The notes: generated from the sequence alone by a model not told the origin. DNA of 64,000 bases from an uncultured Pseudomonadota bacterium (GCA_903834835.1 CAILKO010000043.1:103787-167786), one strand, 5' to 3'. Shown: positions 41,656 through 53,927, counted from the first letter of the stretch. Made by a program: numbers and translations.

Positions 41656-42266
41656 GCGGTCGGCCCCTCGTACTTCCAGCGGCCGCGCCAGGCAGCGTGC
41701 ACTGCGGAGGGGTATTCGGGACGCCCGAGGCTTCCGTTGTAACGGCCAAGTGCCCGGAAGTAGTCGCCCTTCTCGATGTCGAGATAGTGCCGCAGGATGA
41801 CGCAGCCGTAGCGAAGATTCGTGCGCACGTGGAACAGGTTATCGGTCTTCTGGCCGATCAGACCGCTCCAGAACGGCATCACCTGCATATAGCCTCGCGC
41901 GCCCGCGCCGGAGACCGCGTATTTGCGAAATCCGCTCTCAACTTCGATCAGGCCGAGGACGAGTTGGGGATCCAGGCCGGCGCGGGTCGCTTCGTAGTGC
42001 ACCGACTTGAGAACGTCGGTGCGAACGACCCGGTCGGGCAGACGTTTCTGCAGGCGGCGCGACATGTCGTCGAGCCAGCGGTGAGCGTCCTCCGCCCGTG
42101 CAAAATTCAGGACCGGTGCGCTGCGGTCGCTGACCGCAGCGCTGAGCTCAGTCCGGACGCTGTTGGCGAGCGGCTCGTAGATCTGGTTGCCGGCCCGGGC
42201 GACATTGATAACGGCCGCCGCAGCGAACAGCAGCACGAGGCAGGCCGTCTGTGCCCGGTGGATCAT
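41652..42266 (-). CDS. Lytic transglycosylase (SLT domain)
   Basis: ...[30 protein letters not shown]... carries the catalytic ES motif and the AxGxMQ motif. ATGA overlaps occur at both ends, with proS and with DUF58. Confidence 0.85.
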   Translation of the reverse strand: MIHRAQTACLVLLFAAAAVINVARAGNQIYEPLANSVRTELSAAVSDRSAPVLNFARAEDAHRWLDDMSRRLQKRLPDRVVRTDVLKSVHYEATRAGLDPQLVLGLIEVESGFRKYAVSGAGARGYMQVMPFWSGLIGQKTDNLFHVRTNLRYGCVILRHYLDIEKGDYFRALGRYNGSLGRPEYPSAVHAAWRGRWKYEGPTA

Positions 42267-43984
42267 GCGCTGGCGAGTGCCCTCTTCAGATGTTCGAGCG
42301 CCTCGTCGATCGGCACATTGACCGAGGACGCGTCGCGTCTGCCCTTGTATTCCGCCGTGCCGGCCTTGAGGCCGCGATCGGAGATGACCAGGCGATGTGG
42401 AATGCCAATGAGTTCCATGTCGGCAAACATCACGCCGGGCCGCTCGTCCCGGTCATCGAACAGCACGTCGACGCCTGAAGCGAGGAGCGCATCGTAAAGT
42501 TTCACCGCGGTCTCCATGACCGCCGGATTCTTCGCGCCGCCTATCGGCAGGATCGCGACGCTGAATGGCGCGATCTGCGCAGGAAACACGATCCCCTTGT
42601 CGTCGTGACCTTGTTCGATCGCGGCCGCGACGATGCGTGACACGCCGATTCCGTAACACCCCATCACCATCGGGCGACTCGTGCCGGACTCGTCGAGGTA
42701 CACGGCTTTCATCGCCTCGGAGTATTTCGTGCCGAGCTGAAAGATATGGCCTACTTCGATGCCGCGGCAGATCGCGAGCTTTCCGGTTCCGTCAGGACTC
42801 GCGTCGCCATCGACCACGTTGCGGATGTCGGCAACCAAATCGGGCTCGGGCAGATCGCGTCCCCAGTTGACATCCTTGAGGTGGAAGCCTTCCTCGTTCG
42901 CACCGCATGCGAAATCCGACAGCGCTGCCGCCGAGCGATCCGCAACCACCCGTACCTTCCTATCGGCAGAGATCGGCGGAGGGCCGATATAGCCCGGCCT
43001 GCATCCGAGGTGCTGTTCGATCTCGGCATCGGTCGCGAACCTCAGGCCGGCCATGCCGTCGATCTTGCCGGCCTTCAGTTCGTTAAGCGAGTGATCGCCA
43101 CGCAACATCAACAGGCAGAAGCCGTCGCTCCCCATGGCTGCGATCGCCTTCATTGTCTTCTCGAGCGGCAGTTTCAGGAGGGCCGCAAGATCCTCGCAGC
43201 GGGTGGTTCCCGGCGTCGCGACCTTATCGAGTGGCCGGGATGCAGGGGCGCGTCCGGAAGCGGGCGCGACGGCCTCCGCAAGCTCGATGTTCGCCGCAAA
43301 ACCGGAATCCTGTGAATAGGCGATTGCGTCTTCGCCCGAGTCGGCGAGCACATGAAACTCATGCGAGCCCGTCCCGCCGATTGCGCCGGTATCAGCCGCG
43401 ACTGCGCGGAACTGCAGTCCGAGGCGGGTGAATATGCGCGTGTACGTTTCGTACATGTTCCGATACTCGCGTTCGAGATCCGCGTGGTCCGCGTGAAAGG
43501 AGTAGCCATCCTTCATCAGGAATTCGCGGGCGCGCATTACGCCGAAACGCGGCCGGATCTCGTCCCGGAACTTCGTCTGGATCTGATACAGGTGGACCGG
43601 CAGCTGGCGGTAGCTCTTGATTTCGCGCCTGGCGACATCGGTCACTACTTCCTCATGCGTCGGTCCATAGAGGAAGGCGCGCTCATGGCGGTCTATGATT
43701 TTGAGCATCTGCGGGCCGAACGCTTCCCAGCGTCCGGTTTCTTGCCATAACTCGGCCGGGACCACGCTCGGCATCAGCATCTCCAGAGCGCCGGCGCGAT
43801 TCATTTCCTCGCGCACGATCGATTCGACCTTGCGCAGGACTCGGTGACCGAGCGGAAGCCAGGAATAGAGCCCGGAGCCGAGGCGGCGTATCAGGCCGGC
43901 GCGCAGCATGAGGCGATGGCTGACCAGTTCCGCTTCCGCGGGGGCCTCCTTGAGCGTGCTTAGGAAAAACTTTGACGTTCGCAT
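42263..43984 (-). CDS. proS: Proline--tRNA ligase
   Basis: [46 protein letters not shown]..., 573 aa, bacterial type with an INS editing domain. Confidence 0.95.
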   Translation of the reverse strand: MRTSKFFLSTLKEAPAEAELVSHRLMLRAGLIRRLGSGLYSWLPLGHRVLRKVESIVREEMNRAGALEMLMPSVVPAELWQETGRWEAFGPQMLKIIDRHERAFLYGPTHEEVVTDVARREIKSYRQLPVHLYQIQTKFRDEIRPRFGVMRAREFLMKDGYSFHADHADLEREYRNMYETYTRIFTRLGLQFRAVAADTGAIGGTGSHEFHVLADSGEDAIAYSQDSGFAANIELAEAVAPASGRAPASRPLDKVATPGTTRCEDLAALLKLPLEKTMKAIAAMGSDGFCLLMLRGDHSLNELKAGKIDGMAGLRFATDAEIEQHLGCRPGYIGPPPISADRKVRVVADRSAAALSDFACGANEEGFHLKDVNWGRDLPEPDLVADIRNVVDGDASPDGTGKLAICRGIEVGHIFQLGTKYSEAMKAVYLDESGTSRPMVMGCYGIGVSRIVAAAIEQGHDDKGIVFPAQIAPFSVAILPIGGAKNPAVMETAVKLYDALLASGVDVLFDDRDERPGVMFADMELIGIPHRLVISDRGLKAGTAEYKGRRDASSVNVPIDEALEHLKRALASA

Positions 43985-44085
43985 GGGTAAGACACCGCGC
44001 CGGAAAAGGGTACGCGGCGCCGCATTGTCTTTGTAGGAAGGCTATGGAAAAATCAAGGCGGATTCTAACTTAAGGCGGTACGGCC

Positions 44086-44682
44086 ATGCTCGATAAGGAC
44101 GGCTACAGGCCTAACGTCGGCATCATCCTCGCCAACGCCCGGAACGAGGTGTTCTGGGGCAAGCGCATCAGGCAGCATGCGTGGCAGTTTCCGCAGGGCG
44201 GTATCCAGCAGGGTGAGACGCCCGTTCAGGCCATGTACCGGGAACTCGAAGAGGAAGTCGGTCTGGGTGCGGATCACGTACGCATTCTCGGTCGCACCCG
44301 GGAGTGGTTGAAGTACGATGTCCCCGGGCACTGGATGCGGCGCGACCGAGATGGTGACGAAGCCGGCGCCTCCCGTCGCATTGCCTACCGGGGCCAGAAG
44401 CAGCTCTGGTTCCTGCTGCGCATGGTAGGCCGGGACTGCGACGTTCGTCTGCGCGCGAGCGGGCATCCGGAATTTGACGCATGGCGCTGGCATGAATACT
44501 GGATCCCGCTTGATGCGGTGATCGAATTCAAGCGAGACGTTTACCATCAGGCACTCACCGAACTTCATCGGTTCCTCGGCGCGGACCGGAGAATGCGAGC
44601 CCGCAGGGATGGCGATCGAGCGCGTGGCACGGCAGGCCACGAGGAAACATTCGAGACTGCTGTCGGATTTTCGGAGCCCTGA
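44086..44682 (+). CDS. rppH: RNA pyrophosphohydrolase RppH (NudH)
   Basis: [17 protein letters not shown]...[28 protein letters not shown] (Nudix box). Confidence 0.9.
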   Translation: MLDKDGYRPNVGIILANARNEVFWGKRIRQHAWQFPQGGIQQGETPVQAMYRELEEEVGLGADHVRILGRTREWLKYDVPGHWMRRDRDGDEAGASRRIAYRGQKQLWFLLRMVGRDCDVRLRASGHPEFDAWRWHEYWIPLDAVIEFKRDVYHQALTELHRFLGADRRMRARRDGDRARGTAGHEETFETAVGFSEP

Positions 44683-44820
44683 AACAGGTTGCAGCACGAG
44701 TCTGCGACCCTTGCGTCAGACTGCGGTTTTCGGGGCCGGTCCGCGGAACTGCCATTGAAACCGGATCAAGGTGCCCCAAACTTACATCCGGTGCTATCCA
44801 ACCCGTCGGAGCAGGTACAC

Positions 44821-45405
44821 ATGTCGAAGATAACCCCGGACAGCCTGATGACGCTGGAGGCCTATTCGAAGCAGCGTAACGCCTTCCGCGCCAAGGTGAT
44901 TGAGCACAAGAATGCCCGTCGCGTCGCGATCGGGCCGCATGTGACGCTGAACTTCGAAGACGAACTCACGATTCGTTATCAGATCCAGGAGATGCTGCGC
45001 ATCGAGCGCATCTTCGAGGAGGATGGCATACGCAATGAACTTGAAGCATACAACCCGTTGATTCCGGATGGTGCCAATCTCAAGGCCACGATGATGATCG
45101 AGTATCCGGATCTTGACGAGCGGCGGCTCGCGCTCGCGCGTCTGAAGGGGATAGAGGACACAGTCTGGTTGCGTGTGGGCGACGGCGCGCGGATCTTCGC
45201 CGTCGCAGATGAGGATCTCGAGCGGGAGAACGATGAGAAGACTTCCGCCGTTCATTTTCTGCGCTTCGAACTGGATCGTGATTCCTGCGATGCGGCGCGC
45301 TCCGGCGCGCCCATCGCGATCGGTGTCGATCACGCTGAAATCAAGGTCATCGTAGATCCGCTACCCCAAGTTGCACGCGACTCTCTTGCAGGAGATCTCG
45401 CTTGA
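44821..45405 (+). CDS. DUF3501 family protein
   Basis: ...LEAYSKQRNAFRAKVIEHKNARRVAIGPHVTLNFEDELTIRYQIQEMLRIERIF...YNPLIPDGANLKATMMIEY... matches my recollection of DUF3501. The start is the ATG at 44821. Confidence 0.7.
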   Translation: MSKITPDSLMTLEAYSKQRNAFRAKVIEHKNARRVAIGPHVTLNFEDELTIRYQIQEMLRIERIFEEDGIRNELEAYNPLIPDGANLKATMMIEYPDLDERRLALARLKGIEDTVWLRVGDGARIFAVADEDLERENDEKTSAVHFLRFELDRDSCDAARSGAPIAIGVDHAEIKVIVDPLPQVARDSLAGDLA

Positions 45406-45914
45406 GTGGCGGGCGGGTGCGCAGTGTTATTGCCTGCGTGCTTGCGGTAGCCTCGACGACCGGATTGGCGCAGTCAAAGAGCGACTGGGAACTCGATCAG
45501 GAGGAGCGCTACTGGAATGAAGGGGAAGTAACCCTGCCGCCGATGCCCAGGGATACGGATCTCGTTGAATTCGAGCCCACGGCATCAAGCAGTTTCCGCT
45601 TCTTCGTTGATCGCACCACCCTCTCGATCGGAAAGGATCGCGTGATACGGTACACGCTCGTTGCACGCAGTTCGAGCGGAATTTCCAACGTGAGCTACGA
45701 AGGCATGCGCTGCAAGTCGAACGAACTGCGTATCTATGCGCTCGGCCGCGGGCCTGTATGGGCGGAACGGCCGAAGGAGTGGGTCAATATCGGCTCGAAA
45801 GGACAGCTCTGGCACAGGGCGCTGTATCGCGATTACCTGTGCAAAGTCGGAACGACACCCTTGAGCGTGGACGAAATTCTCAAGGTCATGCCGCGGGGCG
45901 GATTCCATCGCTGA
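45402..45914 (+). CDS. CNP1-like family secreted protein
   Basis: A signal peptide is followed by ...FFVDRTTLSIGKDRVIRYTLVARSSSGISNVSYEGMRCKSNELRIYA...ALYRDYLC (CNP1-like pattern). Confidence 0.65.
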   Translation: MSGGRVRSVIACVLAVASTTGLAQSKSDWELDQEERYWNEGEVTLPPMPRDTDLVEFEPTASSSFRFFVDRTTLSIGKDRVIRYTLVARSSSGISNVSYEGMRCKSNELRIYALGRGPVWAERPKEWVNIGSKGQLWHRALYRDYLCKVGTTPLSVDEILKVMPRGGFHR

Positions 45915-45958
45915 CGCGACCTTTCCGGCCGCAGCCTTGGCAGCGAGGCAGATCCGTG

Positions 45959-47077
45959 TCAGAGCAGAACGAGATTGTCCCTGTGGATCAGTTCCTGCTC
46001 GTCAACGTAGCCGAGTATCGACTCGATTTCGGTGGATGTTCGTCGCATGATCAGGCGGGTTTCGGCTGCCGAGTAGTTGATCAGTCCGCGCGCGATTTCG
46101 CGTCCCGACGCGTCTTCGCAGCTCACCACTTCGCCACGCTCGAATTCGCCGGTCACCCCGATGACGCCGATGGAAAGGAGGCTCTTTCCATCGCGCTGCA
46201 ATGCATGCGCGGCACCGGGGTCGAGGCGCAGACGACCGCCAATGCGGAGCTGGTCAGCAAGCCATTGTTTACGGGCGGCCAGCGGGACGTGCGTTGCGGT
46301 GAGCAGGGTGCCGATGTCCTCGCCTTGAGCAAGGCGGCCGAGGACATTGTCCTGTCGCCCGGATGCGATGACCGTGTGTGCGCCACTGCGGGCGGCGCGT
46401 TTTGCCGCAAGCACTTTGGTGAGCATCCCGCCGCGCGCAGTAGGACTGCCCGCGCCGCCGCACATCGCCTCCAGAACGGGGTCACCGGCGCTGCCGGTCG
46501 AGACCAGCCGGGCATTGCGGTCGTGGCGGGGGTCGGCACTGTACAGGCCTTCCTGATCAGTAAGGATCACGAGCGCGTCCGCTTCGAGAAGATTGGTGAC
46601 GAGCGCGGCGAGCGTGTCGTTATCTCCAAAGCGGATCTCCTCGGTCGCGACAGTGTCATTTTCGTTGATGACCGGTATGACGCCAAGATCGAGCAGCGTG
46701 CGCAGGGTGGAGCGTGCATTCAGGTAGCGTTCTCGGTTCCGCATGTCCGCATGAGTGAGCAGGATCTGGGCACTCGAGAGTCCGTGCTCGCGGAAACAGG
46801 ATTCATAGCACTGTGCAAGGCCCATCTGTCCGACAGCGGCCGCCGCCTGGAGTTGATGCAGCTCGTGCGGACGGCGCTTCCACCCAAGGCGCAGCATACC
46901 TTCCGCTACCGCTCCGCTGGAGACCAGAGCGACCCTGTTGCCGCGCTCGCGCATGCGGACAATCTGTGCGACCCAACGCGCGATTGCAGATATGTCCAGA
47001 CCGCGTCCTTCGTTCGTCACAAGGGACGAGCCGACTTTCACCACCCAGGACCGGCACGACGCCAGCGTGTGCGACAT
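45959..47077 (-). CDS. proB: Glutamate 5-kinase
   Basis: ...[10 protein letters not shown]...VSSGAVAEG...[22 protein letters not shown]...PUA domain. The internal ATG at 47077 is the start. Confidence 0.95.
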   Translation of the reverse strand: MSHTLASCRSWVVKVGSSLVTNEGRGLDISAIARWVAQIVRMRERGNRVALVSSGAVAEGMLRLGWKRRPHELHQLQAAAAVGQMGLAQCYESCFREHGLSSAQILLTHADMRNRERYLNARSTLRTLLDLGVIPVINENDTVATEEIRFGDNDTLAALVTNLLEADALVILTDQEGLYSADPRHDRNARLVSTGSAGDPVLEAMCGGAGSPTARGGMLTKVLAAKRAARSGAHTVIASGRQDNVLGRLAQGEDIGTLLTATHVPLAARKQWLADQLRIGGRLRLDPGAAHALQRDGKSLLSIGVIGVTGEFERGEVVSCEDASGREIARGLINYSAAETRLIMRRTSTEIESILGYVDEQELIHRDNLVLL

Positions 47078-47088
47078 GTTGCCGGCCT

Positions 47089-48170
<1,082 letters not shown>

Positions 48171-48189
48171 TTGTCGCTTGTGTGTGATG

Positions 48190-48447
48190 CTACGCCGGAA
48201 CGATGCTCACCACTCGCTTGCTGTTCTCACCCTTGATCCCGTATAGCACGGTACCCGGCATACGCGCATACAGCGTATGGTCGCGGCCCATGCCGACATT
48301 GGGGCCGGGGTGCACGCGGGTGCCGCGCTGACGAATAAGAATCTGCCCTGCATTGACAGTCTCGCCGCCGAACACTTTCACCCCAAGGCGCTTTGACTCG
48401 GAATCGCGACCGTTTCTGGAACTTCCGCCTGCCTTCTTGTGTGCCAT
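48190..48447 (-). CDS. rpmA: 50S ribosomal protein L27
   Basis: [28 protein letters not shown]... Confidence 0.95.
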   Translation of the reverse strand: MAHKKAGGSSRNGRDSESKRLGVKVFGGETVNAGQILIRQRGTRVHPGPNVGMGRDHTLYARMPGTVLYGIKGENSKRVVSIVPA

Positions 48448-48464
48448 TTCCGTGCTCCCGCTGT

Positions 48465-48782
48465 TTAGCCCGCTGCCGAAATCTGCTCGATGCGGACTTC
48501 TGTGTAGTTCTGCCGATGTCCCTGGGACTTCATCGAGTGCTTGCGGCGACGCATTTTGAATATCTTGACCTTGTCATGGCGGCCGTGAGCAACTACGGTG
48601 GCCTTGACAGTCGCGCCGGCAACGAGCGGCGCGCCAACTTTCAGTTCCTCGCCCGTGCCGATGGCGAGCACCTGGTCGAAGGAAACTGCTGCTCCAACAT
48701 CAGCAGAAAGTGACTCTACGCGTAGCTGCTCACCGGCGCTCACGCGATACTGTTTTCCGCCGGACTTGATTACTGCATACAT
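48465..48782 (-). CDS. rplU: 50S ribosomal protein L21
   Basis: [23 protein letters not shown].... I prefer the ATG at 48782 over the TTG at 48794. Confidence 0.95.
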   Translation of the reverse strand: MYAVIKSGGKQYRVSAGEQLRVESLSADVGAAVSFDQVLAIGTGEELKVGAPLVAGATVKATVVAHGRHDKVKIFKMRRRKHSMKSQGHRQNYTEVRIEQISAAG

Positions 48783-48895
48783 GGTGGCTGCCAATTAACG
48801 TTGGTAAAGACTTGAGATTTTACGGAATTTCGGGCGGTCAGGTCAACCCGGTGTGTTATTCTCCTCAGGCGTCCTCCCGGGGGCGGCGTGGATCC

Positions 48896-49864
48896 ATGTC
48901 TATCGTTCCTGTTCTAGAACCCATATCCGACGATTTGCAGCTGGTTGAGCGCCTCTTGCGCGACTCGCTGCAGTCGGAGGTTGCCCTGGTTGCCCAGGTG
49001 GGAGAACATGTCGTGGCCGGGGGCGGGAAGCGGTTGCGCCCTGCCCTTGTCCTGCTGGCCTCGGCCCTCGGTTCTGAGCTGCCGGCTGCCCGCTTTCAGG
49101 TGGCCGCAGCAATCGAGCTCATACATACCGCTACGCTTCTCCATGATGACGTCGTGGACGAATCCCCGCTCCGGCGCGGGCGCACTACGGCGAACTCGGC
49201 CTTTGGAAACGCGGCAGCGGTGCTTGCGGGCGACTTTCTCTATTCGCGGGCGTTCCAAATGATGGTGTCGGCGGGAAACCCCGGCGTGATGGCGATCGTG
49301 TCAGACGCGACCAATACGATCGCGGAGGGAGAACTCCTTCAGTTGATGAACTGCGGTGATCCTGATCTTGACGAGGTGGCCTGTCTTGATGTGATCCGCA
49401 GGAAGACCGCGACCCTGTTCGAGGCCTCCGCAAGAGTAGGGAGTGTGCTCGCCTCGGCCGACGCCAACGTTCAGGATGCGCTCGGTGCGTATGGCATGCA
49501 CCTCGGGACCGCTTTTCAGTTGGTCGATGATCTGCTGGACTATTCGGGAGATCCGACCGAGTTCGGGAAAAGTCTCGGAGATGACCTCGCAGAAGGCAAG
49601 ACCACGCTACCCCTCATCTGGACGATTCAGAGCAGTACACCGGATCTTGCGGAGATGGTCCGCAGTGCGATTCGCGAAGGTGGGCGCGAGCGCTTCGCCG
49701 AAGTGCTGAACGCTGTCACGGCCTGCGGCGCGATTGACTATGTGCAATCGGTCGCTCGCCGTGAGGCTCGGACGGCTGCGGAGGCGATCGCGTCTCTGCC
49801 ATCATCGAGGGCGAAAGGAATATTGCTAGAATTAGCGGACTTTGCAGTTTCACGCTGTTTTTAG
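48896..49864 (+). CDS. ispB: Octaprenyl diphosphate synthase (polyprenyl synthetase)
   Basis: ...GGKRLRPALVLL...ATLLHDDVVDES (first DDxxD)...GTAFQLVDDLLD (second DDxxD). It is divergent from rplU, as in many proteobacteria. Confidence 0.9.
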   Translation: MSIVPVLEPISDDLQLVERLLRDSLQSEVALVAQVGEHVVAGGGKRLRPALVLLASALGSELPAARFQVAAAIELIHTATLLHDDVVDESPLRRGRTTANSAFGNAAAVLAGDFLYSRAFQMMVSAGNPGVMAIVSDATNTIAEGELLQLMNCGDPDLDEVACLDVIRRKTATLFEASARVGSVLASADANVQDALGAYGMHLGTAFQLVDDLLDYSGDPTEFGKSLGDDLAEGKTTLPLIWTIQSSTPDLAEMVRSAIREGGRERFAEVLNAVTACGAIDYVQSVARREARTAAEAIASLPSSRAKGILLELADFAVSRCF

Positions 49865-49957
49865 GGTCTCCATTCAGGTCTCCCCGAAATGGCGGGCATC
49901 CGGTCCAAGCTGATGCCAAGCGCACGCATGGTAAAGAAGCTGATTTGTTGTATCAAT

Positions 49958-50034
49958 TCGGGGTGTAGCTCAGCCTGGTAGAGTACTGCGTTCGGGACGC
50001 AGGTGTCGGAGGTTCAAATCCTCTCACCCCGACC
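49958..50034 (+). tRNA. tRNA-Pro (anticodon CGG), CCA encoded
   Basis: Manual cloverleaf: CGGGGTG/CACCCCG acceptor, anticodon arm CTGCG-TTCGGGA-CGCAG, T arm GGAGG-TTCAAAT-CCTCT, then ACCA. Confidence 0.9.
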
Positions 50035-50108
50035 ATCACCCAGACGGATGTGTCCTAGTCCGGCCTGGGTTGAATGAGGTCATGGACCACATTTTTGAAA
50101 GGTAGCCT

Positions 50109-50324
50109 TTGGCCAGGCTGCTTCTTCTCGCACTAGCACTGGTAGCGCTTGTTGTCCTGATAAAGCGCTCGCTGAACCGTCGATCTCGTGCCCCCGAAAA
50201 GGCGGGAAATCTGCTTGCATGCTCAGACTGTGGAGTGCTTGTTCCAAGTACTGAGCTTGTCGGAATCGACGGACGGACGCTTTGCGGAACCTGCCGTACT
50301 GGCGAGGCGGCACGCCGAAAATGA
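50109..50324 (+). CDS. PP0621-family small membrane/zinc-ribbon-like protein
   Basis: It has an N-terminal TM helix, then CSDCGVLVP...LCGTCR (four Cys). It has a TTG start, and its stop overlaps the kinase ATG (ATGA). Confidence 0.55.
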   Translation: MARLLLLALALVALVVLIKRSLNRRSRAPEKAGNLLACSDCGVLVPSTELVGIDGRTLCGTCRTGEAARRK

Positions 50325-51931
50325 GCGGTACCCGGTTACCGCGGCTCGGAGGGCATGGCATTTCGTCCGGAGGAGCGCCCGTGGAATCGCTCTGGATTTC
50401 GCTGCGCTACTTCAATCTATACAGGATTGCGGTTGCCGGCCTGTTCTTGGGCGTGGTACTGGTTTACGACGATGTAGTACACCTTGGCTCGCAGTCGATG
50501 AGCCTGTTCCGGGCTTGCGCCGTAACGTACCTGGTACTCGGCATCGTGTTCGATGCGGTCCTGCGCAACCTGCGAGACCGCTTCCAGGTGCAGCTTTCGT
50601 TCCACGTATTCACGGATGTTGCGGCACTTACTGTTCTGATGTACTCAAGCGGCGGGTTGCGCAGCGGCCTTGGCGTGATGCTGCTGATATCCCTGGTCGG
50701 AGCCGCCCTGATTGCACCGCGCAGGCTCAATTATCTATACGCTGCGCTCGCCGCGATCGCACTTCTGCTTGAGCAGGGCTACCAGGTGCTGTTGCACGAC
50801 GCACCTACCGAAAACTTTCTGCAGCCCGGTCTTCTCTCGATAGGTTGCTTTGCCGTTGCCAGTGTCACGGGCTGGCTCGCGCAGCGCGTCGCCGCGAACG
50901 AGAGCCTCGCTCGTCAGCGGGAGCGTGAACTGGAGACCCAGATGCGCGTCAATGAACTCGTGATCGAGGATATGCATGATGGGGTTCTGGTGGTTGACGG
51001 TGAAGGCAGGACCTTGCAGCACAATCCGCAGGCGAGGCGCCTGCTCGGAATCGATGTTGCGCGGGGGCAGGAACTCGAGAGGCTGATTCCTGGATTCGGC
51101 AGGCATTGGGAGGCATGGCGTGTCGGCGAGCGAGCTCCGATCCAGATAAGTGCAGACTTCGAAGTCCGTGGCCGTGACTTGAGGCTGCGATTGCTCGAGA
51201 CGGGAACAGAGGAGGACCTCAGCGTGTTGTTCATAGAGGACATGACGCGGTCCAGAGAGGAGGCACAGCAGCTCAAACTTGCCTCCCTCGGCCGACTTAC
51301 CGCGAACATCGCGCACGAGATCCGGAATCCGCTCTCGGCAATAAGCCATGCGTCCGAGTTGCTGGCCGAGACGAGGGGTGATCGCGATCGCGAACGACTA
51401 TGCCGTATTATTCACGACAACACGCTGCGACTGGAGCGGCTCGTCCATGATGTGCTTCAGCTGAACCGGCGCGACCGGCTTGCTGCAGAGCGGCTGCATC
51501 TGAATGCGTGGTTGCGCAGTTTCGTCGAAGAATTTGTGGCCAATGAGGGAATCCCGCCACAGCGCTTCGTACTTGAGGCGGTACGCGAGGTGCATGTCGA
51601 ATTCGACCGCGAACATCTGCGCCAGATCCTCTGGAATTTGTTGCGCAATGCGGTCCGGTATGCCCGGCAGGAGCCGCGCAGCGTGAGGATCGTCCTGGGA
51701 AGTTTTGCTGATCAAGTGGAGTTAAGCGTGATAGACAACGGGCCGGGCGTGCCGGCGGCCAACCAGGGACAGCTGTTCGAACCGTTTTTTACGACTGACA
51801 GCAAGGGAACCGGGCTGGGTCTTTACCTCGCGCGGGAGCTCTGTACGGCCAATCGCGCAGTGCTCGAATACGTAAACGATGGCGCGGGCGCCCATTTCAG
51901 GCTTCTGCTGCGCGCGTCGCCCGTCAAGTGA
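50321..51931 (+). CDS. PilS-like sensor histidine kinase (NtrB family)
   Basis: It has about 6 N-terminal TM helices, a PAS-like region, the H-box LGRLTANIAHEIRNPL, and HATPase motifs (NLLRNAVRYA, DNGPGV, GTGLGLYLAREL). Confidence 0.8.
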   Translation: MSGTRLPRLGGHGISSGGAPVESLWISLRYFNLYRIAVAGLFLGVVLVYDDVVHLGSQSMSLFRACAVTYLVLGIVFDAVLRNLRDRFQVQLSFHVFTDVAALTVLMYSSGGLRSGLGVMLLISLVGAALIAPRRLNYLYAALAAIALLLEQGYQVLLHDAPTENFLQPGLLSIGCFAVASVTGWLAQRVAANESLARQRERELETQMRVNELVIEDMHDGVLVVDGEGRTLQHNPQARRLLGIDVARGQELERLIPGFGRHWEAWRVGERAPIQISADFEVRGRDLRLRLLETGTEEDLSVLFIEDMTRSREEAQQLKLASLGRLTANIAHEIRNPLSAISHASELLAETRGDRDRERLCRIIHDNTLRLERLVHDVLQLNRRDRLAAERLHLNAWLRSFVEEFVANEGIPPQRFVLEAVREVHVEFDREHLRQILWNLLRNAVRYARQEPRSVRIVLGSFADQVELSVIDNGPGVPAANQGQLFEPFFTTDSKGTGLGLYLARELCTANRAVLEYVNDGAGAHFRLLLRASPVK

Positions 51932-53298
51932 GGCGTGCTACTCGCAGCAGTGCCCTGCCCATCCTGGTCGTCGACGACGAGCCGGACATCTGCGAACTGC
52001 TTGAACTCACATTACTCAAGATGGGGTTGGGGGTCGTCATCGCGGGGACGCTGAGCGAGGCACGGGAACTCCTGCGGAGAGACCGCTTCAGGCTCTGCCT
52101 TACCGACATGCGCCTGCCCGACGGCGAAGGGCTGGACCTCGTCCGATTCATTGCTTCGAACGGTGGCGATGTTCCCGTGGCGGTGATTACCGCCTACGGT
52201 AGTGCAGAGAATGCAGTCGCAGCCCTGAAGGCTGGAGCATTCGACTACGTATCCAAGCCCGTCGGTCTGGAGCAGTTGCGCACACTGGTCCGCGCCGCGC
52301 TGGCCCTACCCGAGACGGTGGATGGACCTTCAGGCGGAAGCCAGCTGCTGGGTGATTCCGAACCGTTGCGGCAAGTACGGGAGCGGATCGGCAAGCTGGC
52401 CCGCACCCAGGCGCCTGTCCACATTTCCGGGGAGTCGGGCAGCGGAAAGGAGCTTGCTGCACGACTGATACATGAGAATGGCGCGCGACGCGGGGGGCCG
52501 TTTGTTCCGGTCAACTGCGGTGCGATTCCAGATGCATTGGTCGAGAGCGAGTTCTTCGGCTACCGGAAAGGCGCATTCACTGGCGCGGCCGATGACCGGG
52601 ACGGTTTCTTCCAGGCTGCGAACGGCGGTACGCTGTTTCTGGACGAGATTGCGGAGCTTCCGCTCGGTATGCAGGTAAAGCTTCTTCGCGCAATACAGGA
52701 AAAGCGCGTCCGCATGGTCGGTGCGCCTGCCGAAAATCCCGTTGACGTCCGGATCATATCCGCGACGCACCGGAATCTTGCAGCGTTGGTTGCATCGGGA
52801 GCTTTTCGACAGGACCTGTTTTACCGGCTGAACGTCATTGACCTGCGCATGCCGTCCTTGCGCGAGTGCCGCGATGACGTTCCATTGATCGCAAGGAGCA
52901 TCCTGGCCCGGCTGTGTCCGGAGGGGGGTGTCCGACTGACTGATGCAGCAACGGGACGGTTGACGCAGCACGATTTCCCCGGGAATGTCCGGGAACTCGA
53001 GAACATACTTGAGAGAGCGGTCGCCCTGCGGTCCTCGAACGACATATCTGAAGCCGATCTGGACCTGAATCTTCCGCTTGAGGGGGTGGATCCGGCGGGC
53101 GATGACGAGCCGGGAGGTGCTTTGCCCGAATACCTGGATGGCATCGAGCGACGCGCCATCCAGGATGCGCTTGCGAAGACATCTTTCAACCGGACAGCCG
53201 CCGCGAAACTCCTGGGGATCACCTTCCGGCAGCTCAGGTATCGGATGCAGCGCCTCGGTGTTCGCGATCCTGATGCCGGCGGCGGCAGCCAGAGCTGA
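51928..53298 (+). CDS. PilR-like sigma-54-dependent response regulator (NtrC family)
   Basis: It has a receiver domain (ILVVDDEPD...TDMRLPDG), an AAA+ domain (GESGSGKELAARLIH, GAFTGA, ESEFFGY) and a Fis-type HTH at the C-terminus. A GTGA overlap joins it to the kinase gene. Confidence 0.85.
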   Translation: MRRATRSSALPILVVDDEPDICELLELTLLKMGLGVVIAGTLSEARELLRRDRFRLCLTDMRLPDGEGLDLVRFIASNGGDVPVAVITAYGSAENAVAALKAGAFDYVSKPVGLEQLRTLVRAALALPETVDGPSGGSQLLGDSEPLRQVRERIGKLARTQAPVHISGESGSGKELAARLIHENGARRGGPFVPVNCGAIPDALVESEFFGYRKGAFTGAADDRDGFFQAANGGTLFLDEIAELPLGMQVKLLRAIQEKRVRMVGAPAENPVDVRIISATHRNLAALVASGAFRQDLFYRLNVIDLRMPSLRECRDDVPLIARSILARLCPEGGVRLTDAATGRLTQHDFPGNVRELENILERAVALRSSNDISEADLDLNLPLEGVDPAGDDEPGGALPEYLDGIERRAIQDALAKTSFNRTAAAKLLGITFRQLRYRMQRLGVRDPDAGGGSQS

Positions 53299-53299
53299 A

Positions 53300-53845
53300 A
53301 TGCCACGGCTAGATGGCTGGATTCTGGGGGTCCGGCAGGTGCCGTCGCCGAATTGCGACAACCGGCCGGACGATGAAGAAGTCAGTCTGATTGTCATTCA
53401 CAGCATAAGCCTGCCGCCCGGGATCTTCCTCGGGGATGCCGTAGAGCGCCTTTTCACGAACCGCCTCGATTCTTCTGAACATCCGTACTACGCCACGCTT
53501 GAAGGTCTGAAGGTATCAGCGCATTTTTTTGTGCGCCGCACAGGCGAGGTGCTGCAGTTCGTGCCGCTGCACATGCGCGCCTGGCATGCAGGTGTGTCGT
53601 CCTGGCGCGGACGGACGCGCTGCAACGATTTCTCAATTGGAATCGAACTCGAAGGGACCGACGCCGGCGGCTATTCTGACCCGCAGTATGCAGAGCTCGC
53701 CGGGTTGATTTCGATTTTGCGAGATCGCCTTCCTATCAGAGGTGTCGCAGCCCATAGTGAGATCGCTCCCGGACGGAAATCAGATCCTGGCCCGGGCTTC
53801 GACTGGAAGCGGATACACGCCGTTTCGCCGGCTCGAGACATCTGA
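53300..53845 (+). CDS. ampD: 1,6-anhydro-N-acetylmuramyl-L-alanine amidase AmpD
   Basis: ...SPNCDNRP...IVIHSISLPPG...VSAHFFVRRTGEVLQFV...RAWHAGVSSW...NDFSIGIELEG...HSEIAPGRKSDPG... Confidence 0.9.
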   Translation: MPRLDGWILGVRQVPSPNCDNRPDDEEVSLIVIHSISLPPGIFLGDAVERLFTNRLDSSEHPYYATLEGLKVSAHFFVRRTGEVLQFVPLHMRAWHAGVSSWRGRTRCNDFSIGIELEGTDAGGYSDPQYAELAGLISILRDRLPIRGVAAHSEIAPGRKSDPGPGFDWKRIHAVSPARDI

Positions 53846-53927
53846 GTCGTCATTCGTCAAGGTCACCGCATTGAGCGTTCCGAATCAGGAATGCTCCGAG
53901 GATGTTCGCCTATCTTGTTGCGGGTGC

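Noticed and set aside
44682-44730. A hairpin after rppH (AGTCTG-N12-CAGACT followed by GCGGTTTT) as a terminator.
   Set aside because: The stem is only 6 bp with a 12-nt loop, which is too weak to call with any confidence.
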